Shown piece after piece: positions 1 to 8,697 of a stretch of DNA of 64,000 nt. The number at the start of each line of letters is the position of its first letter. Position 1 is the stretch's first letter. Origin of the DNA: Atopobiaceae bacterium (GTDB taxonomy: Bacteria; Actinomycetota; Coriobacteriia; Coriobacteriales; Atopobiaceae); assembly GCA_040307385.1 (NCBI GenBank), contig JAWRJQ010000099.1, positions 18,122 through 82,121 of the forward strand, written 5' to 3'. Under the pieces are notes generated by a model. That model was not told the origin of the DNA, did no database searches, and saw nothing but the letters and a program-made list of their open reading frames with translations. The translations under genes and the position numbers were made by a program.

Positions 1-2
1 AC

Positions 3-779
3 ATGCACGGCGCCTTCCTGCGCGAGACCCTCGAGGACGCCGGCATCGACTGCTCGGGCCTCATCTCCGATCCCGACTTCTTCACCACGCTGGCCTTCGT
101 CGCCCTCGACGAGAACGGCGACCGCTCCTTCTCGTTTGCGCGCAAGCCCGGTGCCGACACCCAGCTCGCGCCCGACGAGCTGCGCCGTGACCTTATCGAG
201 GGGTGCCGCGTGTTCCACGTGGGCTCGCTCTCGCTTACCGATGAGCCCGCTCGGTCCGCCACGCATGAGGCCATCGCGTGCGCGAAGGCGGCCGGCTGCA
301 CCATGTCGTACGATCCCAACTACCGTGCGAGCCTGTGGGCGAGCCCCGGGGCGGCTGCGGAGCAGATGCGCTCCATTGCGGGATTCATGGATCTCATCAA
401 GATATCCGCCGAGGAATGCGAGCTCATGACCGGCGAAGCGGAGCCCGAAGCGGCTGCGGCCGCGCTGCTCGCAGGCGGGGCGTCGGTGGCGTGCGTCACG
501 CTGGACGCCGAGGGCGCCTATGTGGCGGCCCGCGATGGCGCGCGGCTGGTGCCGAGCTTCCGCGTGGATGCGGTCGACACCACCGGCGCGGGCGACTCGT
601 TCTGGGGCGGGTTCATCGCCGCCTTCATCGAGAGCGGCCTCGCGCCCGCCGAGATCGGCATCGACGATGCGGCGTCCTTCGCGCGCTTCGGCAACGCCGT
701 CGCCTCGCTGTGCGTGCGCAAGCGCGGCGCCATTCCCGCCATGCCTCTGCGCGACGAGGTGCGCGCGCTTCTCGCGTAG
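3..779 (+). CDS. PfkB-family carbohydrate kinase (fructokinase-like), 5' end probably outside the window
   Basis: PfkB signature DTTGAGDSFWGG plus YDPNYR and KISAEE motifs. Confidence 0.9.
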   Translation: MHGAFLRETLEDAGIDCSGLISDPDFFTTLAFVALDENGDRSFSFARKPGADTQLAPDELRRDLIEGCRVFHVGSLSLTDEPARSATHEAIACAKAAGCTMSYDPNYRASLWASPGAAAEQMRSIAGFMDLIKISAEECELMTGEAEPEAAAAALLAGGASVACVTLDAEGAYVAARDGARLVPSFRVDAVDTTGAGDSFWGGFIAAFIESGLAPAEIGIDDAASFARFGNAVASLCVRKRGAIPAMPLRDEVRALLA

Positions 780-830
780 GCCGCCCGCATGCGGCGGCGC
801 ATTCGGCAGTTCATGCGCGAGGAGGTTTCC

Positions 831-1857
831 ATGGGCAGGAATCACGAGGTCACGAGCGTGCAGCCGCTCCTTGATGAGCGGGGAGAGCTGCGCGAGCCCG
901 GGTGGTCGCGCAGGATGGTGCAGCGCTACAACCGCGCCGACGTCTGAGCTCCGGCTTGGCGCATCAAGGAATGGGATTACTATCTGGTGCTGGCCGACGG
1001 CTTTGCGGGCGCGTTCACCATCTCGGATAACGGCTATGTGGGCCTGCAGTCGGTGTCGCTGCTCACGTTTGGCGACCATCCCTGGGAGCACACCGAGACC
1101 GTGCTCAAGCCGTTCCCCTTGGGCAGGCTGCATCTGCCCTCAAGTTCCGAGCGGGGCGTCACCGCCTATCGCGATGGCCGGCTTCAGATGACGTTCTCGG
1201 TGGAAGGGAACACGCGGCGCATCCGCTGCATCTTCGCCAGCTTCTGCGACGGCAAGACGCTCGCCGCCGATATCGCTCTTACCCAGCCCAGCATGGATTC
1301 GCTGGTCATCGCGACGCCGTGGGAGCAGCAGCGCCGCTTCTACTACAACCAGAAGATCAACTGCATGCGTGCGAGCGGCTGGATCGAGCTCGGCGCACAG
1401 CGCTACGAGTTCGATCCTGCGACGGATTTCGGCACGCTCGACTGGGGGGCGCGGCGTGTGGACCTACGACAACACCTGGTATTGGGGTTCGGGCAACGCC
1501 GACATAGACGGGCACGCCTTCGGCTTCAACATCGGGTACGGGTTCGGCAACACGGCTGCCGCCACCGAGAACGCCATCTTCTGGGACGGCGTCGCCCACA
1601 AGCTCGATGACGTCACGTTTCACATTCCCGAGCGCAGCTGGTACGACCCATGGACGTTCACCTCGTCGGACGGTCGCTTCGAGATGGATTTCTCGCCCGT
1701 GCTCGACCGGGCAGCCCTGCTGGACTACAAGGCGATCGTCTCAGACCAGCATCAGGTGTTCGGGCGCATGACGGGCACCGCCATTCTCGACGATGGCACG
1801 CCGATTCACATCAAAGACGTGATGTGCTTCGCCGAGAAGGTTCACAACCGGTATTAG
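831..1857 (+). pseudogene. DUF2804-like protein, disrupted
   Basis: GGAGG RBS then ATG at 831. In-frame TGA at 945-947 inside an otherwise continuous frame (YNRADV*APAWRIKEWDYY). +1 frameshift in G6 at 1444-1449 splits DWG/RGVWTY between ORFs 987-1610 and 1369-1857. Confidence 0.75.
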
Positions 1858-1891
1858 ATTCGCGGCGGCTTTGCGCCTGCCGGCCGCGAGG

Positions 1892-2689
1892 CTACAGCAC
1901 GTCCACCTGCAGCCAGCGTTCGGCGTTGCGCCAGCATATCAGCTCGTAGGTCTTCTCGGAGAAGCCCAGCGAGCGGAAGATCTTGTATTCGGACGCAGGG
2001 CTCCACATGGGGAAGTCGGAGCCGAACATCATGCGCTCGGGCCCGTAGAGCTCGCACAGCTCGCGCGTGCGGCGCAGGCCCAGGAACTTCATCGAGCTCG
2101 ACATGTCGAGGAAACAGCGCTCATCTTCGAGATACTCCAGCGCGAGATCCTGCACCGACCAGCCGCCGAAATGCGCGGCGCAGATCCTGAGCTGCGGGAA
2201 CTCGTGCAGGATGCGCTTCATGCGCGAGGGGTGGGAGTAATCGTAGCGATAATCGCCGCAATGGATGAGCAGCGCCAGGCCCGCGCGCTCGCACAGCTCG
2301 TAGATGCTCATGAGCCGGGGATCGTCCATGTTGACGTGCTGGGTGTCGGGGTGGAGCTTCACGCCGAGCAGCCCCAGGCTCGTGGCGCGGGCGATCTCCG
2401 CTGCGGGATCTTCGAAGTCCTGATGCATGGCGGCGAGGCCGAGGAGGGTCTCGTCCTCTGCGCACGCTCCGGCGATGAAATCGTTGATCGACACCACGGC
2501 TTGAGGCTTCACGGCAACGGAGCACACCACGTTATGGGTGATGGGCGATGCCGCGCGCAGCTCGTGCAGCGTCGAGACCGATCCCTCGTGGGCGGTCATG
2601 GGAATGTCGTAGAACATGCCCACGCTTTCGGTGGCCTTTTGGGCGATCTTGTCGGGGTAGATGTGCGTGTGCATGTCGATGACGGGCAT
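1892..2689 (-). CDS. Amidohydrolase_2 family metal-dependent hydrolase
   Basis: IDMHTH, GVKLHP, AAHFGG and MFGSDFP motifs; start chosen at MPVIDMH. Confidence 0.85.
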   Translation of the reverse strand: MPVIDMHTHIYPDKIAQKATESVGMFYDIPMTAHEGSVSTLHELRAASPITHNVVCSVAVKPQAVVSINDFIAGACAEDETLLGLAAMHQDFEDPAAEIARATSLGLLGVKLHPDTQHVNMDDPRLMSIYELCERAGLALLIHCGDYRYDYSHPSRMKRILHEFPQLRICAAHFGGWSVQDLALEYLEDERCFLDMSSSMKFLGLRRTRELCELYGPERMMFGSDFPMWSPASEYKIFRSLGFSEKTYELICWRNAERWLQVDVL

Positions 2690-2838
2690 GGTGTCCTCCG
2701 AGGTTCGATAGGTGCGGAGCCAGTATAGTTGAGCTGCGTTTCGTGCGCGTAACCGGTTGCGGAGCGGTGCCGGAGCCGGCAGGGCGTACAATCGGAGCAG
2801 GCCGGCGTGCGCCCGGCTCTCGAGGGGAGGAGCAATCC

Positions 2839-3318
2839 GTGTTTCGTGAACTTGTCCGTAAAAAGCAGCAGCTCAACGACGAGCGGTGCCTCGAGATCCT
2901 CGAGCACGGGCTACGCGGCGTGCTTGCGGTTAACGGCGACGGGGGATACCCGTACTGCATGCCGCATAACTACTACTACAACCCCGACGATGGGCGCATC
3001 TACTTCCACTCAGGCAAACGCGGCCACAAGATCGACGCGCTCAAACGCGATGCGCGGGCGTGCTTCACGGTTCTCGATGCGGGCACGCCTGCGGATGACA
3101 GCGACTGGGCGCTCTATTTCAACAGCGTGGTGGTGTTCGGGCGCGTTGAGTTCATCGAAGACCAGGAGGTGGTCGATGAAATGAGCCGCCGCCTCTCATA
3201 TAAGTTCACCGACGACACCGCCTACATCGAGGCGGAGATCGCGCGCGTGGGCAAGGCGACCGCGCTCTTCGCGCTCGTTCCCGAGCAGATGGCCGGCAAG
3301 CGCGTGCGCGAAGACTAG
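2839..3318 (+). CDS. Pyridoxamine 5'-phosphate oxidase / NimA-like flavin-binding protein
   Basis: GVLAV..GYPY and IYFHS..GHKID motifs; GGAGG RBS then GTG. Confidence 0.8.
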   Translation: MFRELVRKKQQLNDERCLEILEHGLRGVLAVNGDGGYPYCMPHNYYYNPDDGRIYFHSGKRGHKIDALKRDARACFTVLDAGTPADDSDWALYFNSVVVFGRVEFIEDQEVVDEMSRRLSYKFTDDTAYIEAEIARVGKATALFALVPEQMAGKRVRED

Positions 3319-3367
3319 CGCTTCTCGCTTGACCGAACCGCTGGCTGAGAGTAGAATTCTTACGCAC

Positions 3368-3454
3368 GCGGGCGTGGCGGAATTGGCAGACGCGTACGGT
3401 TCAGGTCCGTATGGAGGCAACTCCGTGGGGGTTCAAGTCCCTCCGCCCGCACCA
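3368..3454 (+). tRNA. tRNA-Leu(CAG)
   Basis: Cloverleaf with long variable arm, anticodon loop TT-CAG-GT, GTTCAAGTC T-loop, encoded CCA. Confidence 0.97.
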
Positions 3455-3457
3455 TGA

Positions 3458-3498
3458 AAGAGCCCCCTTTTGCCTTTGCGGGCAAAAGGGGTTTTTCT
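3458..3498 (+). terminator. Intrinsic terminator after tRNA-Leu
   Basis: Stem CCCCTTTTGCC/GGCAAAAGGGG followed by a T-run. Confidence 0.85.
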
Positions 3499-3561
3499 TA
3501 CGCTCAGGGTGAGCAGCGGGCGTGGAGCATCCGGATCTGAGGCGACTCGTCCGTCTGCTGA

Positions 3562-3718
3562 ACCAAAAAATCTTCTAATGCTGCAGGGTTTCGGCAGCGG
3601 AGCATGTATCGGCTTTAGAGACTGCATATTATCGGCAAATATGCAGCATTAGATGCATAGAAACTGCTTCCAAGGCGGTCTCGAGCCGAAACCGTGCAGC
3701 ATTAAAGACATTTTTGGT
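3562..3718. repeat. 157-bp inverted-repeat (MITE/REP-like) element, copy 1
   Basis: 34-bp imperfect inverted arms at 3562-3595 and 3685-3718; homologous to the element at 23883-24039. Confidence 0.85.
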
Positions 3719-3774
3719 ACACGCCCCGCGTTCGCGCGGCGATGTTCATGTCTGGGCGATGCAGGAAAAGGGCT

Positions 3775-4650
3775 TCAGGAAAAGGATTCGTGGATCTGCA
3801 CCAGAAATCGTTCTGCAATCGGGCTGAACGCCTGGTGCTTCTTCCACACCAGGTACATGTTGACGGCGAGCACCGGCTCAAGCGGTCGGAAGACGAGCCC
3901 GCTTCCTGCTGCCGTGTCGATAAGATGGTCGAACGTCAGAAGATATCCAAGCCCCTCGCGGACAAACACGCCTCCGTTGTAGGCAAGTCGAAAGGAGCCC
4001 TCAAGGTGCAGGTCATCCATCCGTTCGCCGCACCAGCGGGGGATATCCGCACGCCATGACTGCTCCGAGCAAAACAGCGGAAGACCTACCAGATCATCAA
4101 CGGTAACGCTCGATTCACCTGCCAGCGGGTCTTCGAACGGCATGACCAGCCCGAACACGTCTGCTTCGGGAAACTCGGCAAACTCGTATTTCGATGCATC
4201 CGGTCGCTCGGCCAGCACGGCAAAATCCAGAATGCCCCGGTCCAGCTTTTCGACAACCTGCTCCGTGTCGCCGCTGGTCACGTGATAGCGCATGTGGGGA
4301 TACCGCCCCTTAAACGCTCGGATCTCGTGTGCAAGATAACGAATCTGATATGACTCCGCCAGACCGAGGTAGATGTCGCCTCCGGAGATGTCGTTCATCT
4401 TCTGAAACTCGGCGGATATCTTATCCGCCATCGCCACCAGATCATCCGCGCGCTTTCTGAGCAGGATACCCTCGTCCGTCAGGCTGATGCTGAAGGAATG
4501 CCGCTCAAACAGCTTGTGCCCCAGCTCCTGCTCGAGCGCCTTGACCGTTTTCGACAACGTGGACTGCGACACATGCAGAAGCTCCGCCGCACGCGTCATG
4601 TTCTCTTCGCGGGCGATTGCCAAGAAGTACCGAAGCGACTTGATCTCCAT
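3775..4650 (-). CDS. LysR-family transcriptional regulator
   Basis: N-terminal HTH (LRYFLAIAREENMTRAAELLHVSQSTLSK) plus substrate-binding domain. Confidence 0.95.
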   Translation of the reverse strand: MEIKSLRYFLAIAREENMTRAAELLHVSQSTLSKTVKALEQELGHKLFERHSFSISLTDEGILLRKRADDLVAMADKISAEFQKMNDISGGDIYLGLAESYQIRYLAHEIRAFKGRYPHMRYHVTSGDTEQVVEKLDRGILDFAVLAERPDASKYEFAEFPEADVFGLVMPFEDPLAGESSVTVDDLVGLPLFCSEQSWRADIPRWCGERMDDLHLEGSFRLAYNGGVFVREGLGYLLTFDHLIDTAAGSGLVFRPLEPVLAVNMYLVWKKHQAFSPIAERFLVQIHESFS

Positions 4651-4677
4651 GTGGCGACCTCCGTTGCTGCACGTCAG

Positions 4678-4692
4678 ATCATGAATTTCGAT
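4678..4692. promoter_or_regulatory. Candidate LysR binding box
   Basis: ATC-N9-GAT (T-N11-A) palindrome in the AT-rich divergent intergenic region. Confidence 0.45.
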
Positions 4693-4791
4693 AATAGAAT
4701 AATAGATATTCTAAAATTATATTAGCGAATATCAAAAGGAAGGTGCTATACCTAAGGCATAAAATCGTACACAGAAAGGCGGTATGGCAAG

Positions 4792-5790
4792 ATGGCACAC
4801 GAGGAACTTGCGCTGGTGGAAGAATGGGATAAGACTTTCCCGAAGAGCGATAAGGTGGAGCACCGCAAGGTGACCTTCCACAACCGCTACGGCATCACGC
4901 TGGCGGCCGACCTGTATGTCCCCGCACACGCGAAAAGCAAGCTCCCCGCGCTTGCGGTCAGCGGGCCGTTCGGCGCGGTGAAGGAGCAGTCGTCCGGCCT
5001 GTACGCTCAGGCCATGGCGGAGCGGGGCTTTGTCGCGATCGCCTTCGATCCGTCCTTTACCGGGGAGAGCGGCGGTCAGCCCCGCTACATGGCCTCTCCC
5101 GACATCAATACGGAGGATTTCCAGGCCGCGGTCGACTATCTCTCCACCTGCGAGCTGGCGGACCCGGAGCGGATCGGCATCATCGGCGTCTGCGGCTGGG
5201 GAGGGCTTGCGCTCAACGCCGCAGCGATCGATACCCGCATCAAGGCGACGGTCGTCAGCACCATGTACGATATGGCCCGCGTGAACGCAAACGGCTATTT
5301 CGACAGCGAGAACAGCGAGCAGCAGCGCTACGAAAAGAGGAAGGCGCTGAACGCCCAGAGAACCGCCGATTACAAAACCGGCATGTACCAGCGCGGCGGC
5401 GGTGTGGTCGATCCTCTGCCGGAGGACGCGCCTTCCTTCGTTCAGGACTACTACGACTACTACAAGACCGCACGCGGCTATCATGCGCGGTCCCTCAACT
5501 CCAACGACGGCTGGAATGTGACGGGGTGCATGAGCTTTCTCAACCAGCCGATCCTGCAGTACTCCCATGAAATCCGCAACGCGGTCCTCATCGTGCACGG
5601 CGAGCAGGCGCATTCGCGTTATTTTGCGGAAACCGCCTATGCGAACATGACGGACGGCAACCCCTGCCCCGACAACAAGGAGCTGATGATCATTCCGGGT
5701 GCCGTGCACACCGACCTGTACGACGGCGGGGACGAGGGATATATCCCGTGGGAGAAGCTCGAGGGCTTTTTCAAGACGTATCTCGCATAA
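4792..5790 (+). CDS. Alpha/beta hydrolase (YcjY/dienelactone hydrolase-like)
   Basis: GPFGAVKEQ, nucleophile motif GVCGWGG, GAVHTDLYD. Confidence 0.85.
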   Translation: MAHEELALVEEWDKTFPKSDKVEHRKVTFHNRYGITLAADLYVPAHAKSKLPALAVSGPFGAVKEQSSGLYAQAMAERGFVAIAFDPSFTGESGGQPRYMASPDINTEDFQAAVDYLSTCELADPERIGIIGVCGWGGLALNAAAIDTRIKATVVSTMYDMARVNANGYFDSENSEQQRYEKRKALNAQRTADYKTGMYQRGGGVVDPLPEDAPSFVQDYYDYYKTARGYHARSLNSNDGWNVTGCMSFLNQPILQYSHEIRNAVLIVHGEQAHSRYFAETAYANMTDGNPCPDNKELMIIPGAVHTDLYDGGDEGYIPWEKLEGFFKTYLA

Positions 5791-5810
5791 GGCGGAGAGG
5801 GGTGAGCTTC

Positions 5811-6311
5811 GTGGCGAGGTGTCTGCTTGCAGCGTTGGTCTGCCTGCACCTTCTGCTATCCGGGTGCGCTGCGCAGGGAGAAGTCGAGACCACGCCTATG
5901 ACCTCGCAGGATGAATCCCATGACGAAGCGACGAGCACGAGCGATACGCTGCATGAAAACCAGATACGCGTCTTTGTGGGGGAGGCGTCTTTTGTCGTGA
6001 CGCTAGAGGACAACGAATCCGCGCGGGCCCTCCAGGCGCTGCTCGTCGAAGGAGATATGACGATCGCCGCCTCCAACTATGGCGGTTTTGAAAAAGTCTG
6101 CCCCCTCGGCACGACCCTGCCGAGCAGCGATGAGCAGACCACGACGCAAGCCGGAGACGTGATGCTGTACAGCGGCGATCAGATCGTGTTCTTCTATGAT
6201 TCCAATTCATGGGCCTACACCAGGATCGGACACGTGGACGAGCTGTCTGCCGAAGAGTTGCGTGAGATTCTGGACGGCCCCGAAACGGAGATCACGCTGA
6301 GCATCCATTGA
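5811..6311 (+). CDS. Cyclophilin-like fold lipoprotein
   Basis: Lipobox LSGC; YGGFEK and GDVMLYSGDQIVFFY..YTRIG motifs. Confidence 0.7.
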   Translation: MARCLLAALVCLHLLLSGCAAQGEVETTPMTSQDESHDEATSTSDTLHENQIRVFVGEASFVVTLEDNESARALQALLVEGDMTIAASNYGGFEKVCPLGTTLPSSDEQTTTQAGDVMLYSGDQIVFFYDSNSWAYTRIGHVDELSAEELREILDGPETEITLSIH

Positions 6312-6460
6312 TCGCGAAGCGGTATGAGGCGCCCGCAACGCGCGCCCTATGATTCCCGTCCATGGGGTTTCGGTGTTTTGCCTGATCGTCGCCTTTATGA
6401 GGCATGTAGTGCGCCAGCATCGTATGCAGGGCCAGCATGGAGCCGCCGAAGGGAGCCTCT

Positions 6461-6913
6461 ATGAACGGATCGGTGAAACGGGTCGTTGCCACCGCCATCA
6501 TCGTCCTGCTCTGCGCCGGAGCGTTCATCGCGGGTTTCCTGAGCCCGCAACGTACGCGCGGGGTCGAGACGGCCCGGTACATGTCGGAGAACGTCGAGGT
6601 CGTCAGCATCTCCAAAGACTCATACGAGATCGCCGACGATGGCACCGTGCTCATCTTTCTCAGCTACAGATTGAGGAACACCGGCGATGAGGCGCTCTGC
6701 GTGTCCGTAGGCGGCATCTTCCGCACCGAGAAAGCAGCCGGGTTCCTAGAAGAGGAACTGCTGATCGCGGATGAGCCGTATGTGCTTGAACCGGGGGAGG
6801 ACACCTGGATCTCCGTCGTGCTTTCGGGACGCAACGGAGCCAACCCCACGATGCCGGACAGGTTGCCGCCCGACCCCTATGTGGTCGAATGCGATTCAAG
6901 CGCCGCGGCGTAG
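6461..6913 (+). CDS. Hypothetical membrane-anchored or secreted protein
   Basis: GGGAG RBS; N-terminal hydrophobic helix. Confidence 0.55.
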   Translation: MNGSVKRVVATAIIVLLCAGAFIAGFLSPQRTRGVETARYMSENVEVVSISKDSYEIADDGTVLIFLSYRLRNTGDEALCVSVGGIFRTEKAAGFLEEELLIADEPYVLEPGEDTWISVVLSGRNGANPTMPDRLPPDPYVVECDSSAAA

Positions 6914-6923
6914 GCGCGCGGGC

Positions 6924-7607
6924 CTACCGCTTTGGCAGGAACGCGGGCACGATGATGCGCGTGAAGACGACCAGCCACGCAGCGGCAACGCAATAGCCCG
7001 CGATGACGTCCGAGAGGTAATGGACGCCCAGATACACGCGGCTGATGCCGATCATGACCACGGCGAAGAACAGCGCGAGCGACCACACCCAGCGCAGAAT
7101 GGCGTCCTCCTCATAACGCATGATCAGCCAGATCATGAACCCATAGAACGCCACGGCAACCATGGAATGGCCGGACGGAAAGCTGTAGCCGCTCTCGGCG
7201 ATGAGGCGGAACCCCTCGGGACGCGGACGCTGTACGATTTCCTTCAAGGCGTAGTTGAGTACCACGATGCCCACCAGATTTGCCATCGCGAAGCGCCCCG
7301 GCATGCGACCGGGCGCAAACGCGGCCACCACGACGAGCATGACCGTGAGCACGATGGGGGATGAGAGGCTGGTGAACGATTGCATGATGGGGGTCAGCCA
7401 ATCGCGGCGCATGCGCACCACGAAGAACTGATAGGCAATGCCATCGAGGCGCCTGATGCCGCCCGAGAGCACGTTCTGCAGCAGATACACGAAGATGAGC
7501 AGCGCAACGGACAGCACGATCGTCAGGAGATTCTCGCGCATGACGCGCAGGACAACCCGCAGAGCGCCCTTGGCGCGCTGCGGTGCGTCGCTCCTCTCGT
7601 CTGCCAT
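6924..7607 (-). CDS. PAP2-family membrane phosphatase
   Basis: KEIVQRPRP, SFPSGH and SRVYLGVHYLSDV motifs. Confidence 0.92.
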   Translation of the reverse strand: MADERSDAPQRAKGALRVVLRVMRENLLTIVLSVALLIFVYLLQNVLSGGIRRLDGIAYQFFVVRMRRDWLTPIMQSFTSLSSPIVLTVMLVVVAAFAPGRMPGRFAMANLVGIVVLNYALKEIVQRPRPEGFRLIAESGYSFPSGHSMVAVAFYGFMIWLIMRYEEDAILRWVWSLALFFAVVMIGISRVYLGVHYLSDVIAGYCVAAAWLVVFTRIIVPAFLPKR

Positions 7608-7711
7608 CTCGCCTCCACTGCTGGAAAACGGCACGCCGATAGTCGGCATGCCGTCCGATTCATCGTGCTTTTAGGATATACCAGGTGCGCACTGCGCGCA
7701 TAGGAGAGCGC

Positions 7712-8029
7712 TTACAGGTGTGAGAGGATCTCGTGCTCGAGGTCGTCCTTGGGGCGGTTGCCCATGATGGTGTGGGCCGGCTCGCCGTCCTTGAAGAGGA
7801 TGAGCGTGGGGATGGAGACGATATTGAAGCGGGCAGCGATGTCGCTCTCATCGTTGACATTGCACGTATAGAAGGCGAACTTGCCGGCGTTCTCCGACGC
7901 AACCTGCTCGAGGGTGGGGCCGAGCGCGCGACAGGGGCCGCACCAAGGCGCCCAGAAGTCTACGAGCACGGGAAGCTCGCTGGCAGCGAGGGTGGAATCA
8001 AACGTGGCAGCGGTAATCTCCTGTGCCAT
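7712..8029 (-). CDS. trxA: Thioredoxin
   Basis: WCGPC active site, 105 aa. Confidence 0.95.
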   Translation of the reverse strand: MAQEITAATFDSTLAASELPVLVDFWAPWCGPCRALGPTLEQVASENAGKFAFYTCNVNDESDIAARFNIVSIPTLILFKDGEPAHTIMGNRPKDDLEHEILSHL

Positions 8030-8124
8030 GGCAACCTCCTGTAGGATGAGGGGAAATGCGATGCGTCTTAGCTACCCGAGATATACCCGGATTACAATAA
8101 TCTAGTACGACGTTGGGAGGTTCC

Positions 8125-8670
8125 ATGGCGCGCGACCGGGCGGCACTCAGAAAAGCGTACCAGGGCAAGGTGGACGCCGAGGCGGCCGCCCTCGCCGAGC
8201 AGGGCATCTGCTTTTCCGGAAACGCCTTCTCGTCGGTGACGCTCGCCAAGGGCGACGCGCGCGACGAGTGCGCCGCTCCGCTTTCGGGCGAGGATGGCAC
8301 GGCGCTGCGTCGCTCGCTCATCGCCCTCGGCTACGCGCCCGAAGACTGGAACGCATTTCTCACCTGCGACGAGGAGGGCATGCCGCTTTCCGCCGAGCTG
8401 TTCTTGCACGTGGTGGCGACGCTCGATCCGGCAACGCTCATCCTGTGCGATGAGGCCGCCGCGCATTGCGCGCGCAACGCGTTCGCCTCCGACCTTGCGG
8501 AGCTCGACGATTTTGACGCCGCCATGCTCGCACCGGGTGCGCTGGCGATCGTTCGCGGCATTCGGGTGATGAACCTGGGCGGTTTTTCCGCCGCGTTGGA
8601 CGATAATCGTGAGAAGCAGATAATGTGGGCTCGGCTCAAGAAGCTTCCGCCTCTCGGCGAGCCTTACTAG
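8125..8670 (+). CDS. Hypothetical protein, possibly a degenerate uracil-DNA-glycosylase-like fold
   Basis: GGAGG RBS; by-eye spacing similarity to family-4 UDG without the catalytic motifs. Confidence 0.55.
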   Translation: MARDRAALRKAYQGKVDAEAAALAEQGICFSGNAFSSVTLAKGDARDECAAPLSGEDGTALRRSLIALGYAPEDWNAFLTCDEEGMPLSAELFLHVVATLDPATLILCDEAAAHCARNAFASDLAELDDFDAAMLAPGALAIVRGIRVMNLGGFSAALDDNREKQIMWARLKKLPPLGEPY

Positions 8671-8697
8671 TACGATTCCATCGGGGAAGGAGCCAGC

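Noticed and set aside
945-947. In-frame TGA as possible selenocysteine or programmed readthrough
   Set aside because: The context is not a Cys/redox motif, and a second lesion (frameshift) in the same gene favours a pseudogene.
3368-6913. Integrative elements at the tRNA genes (Leu, Asp, Pro, Thr)
   Set aside because: No integrase and no duplicated tRNA 3' end (att) found nearby.
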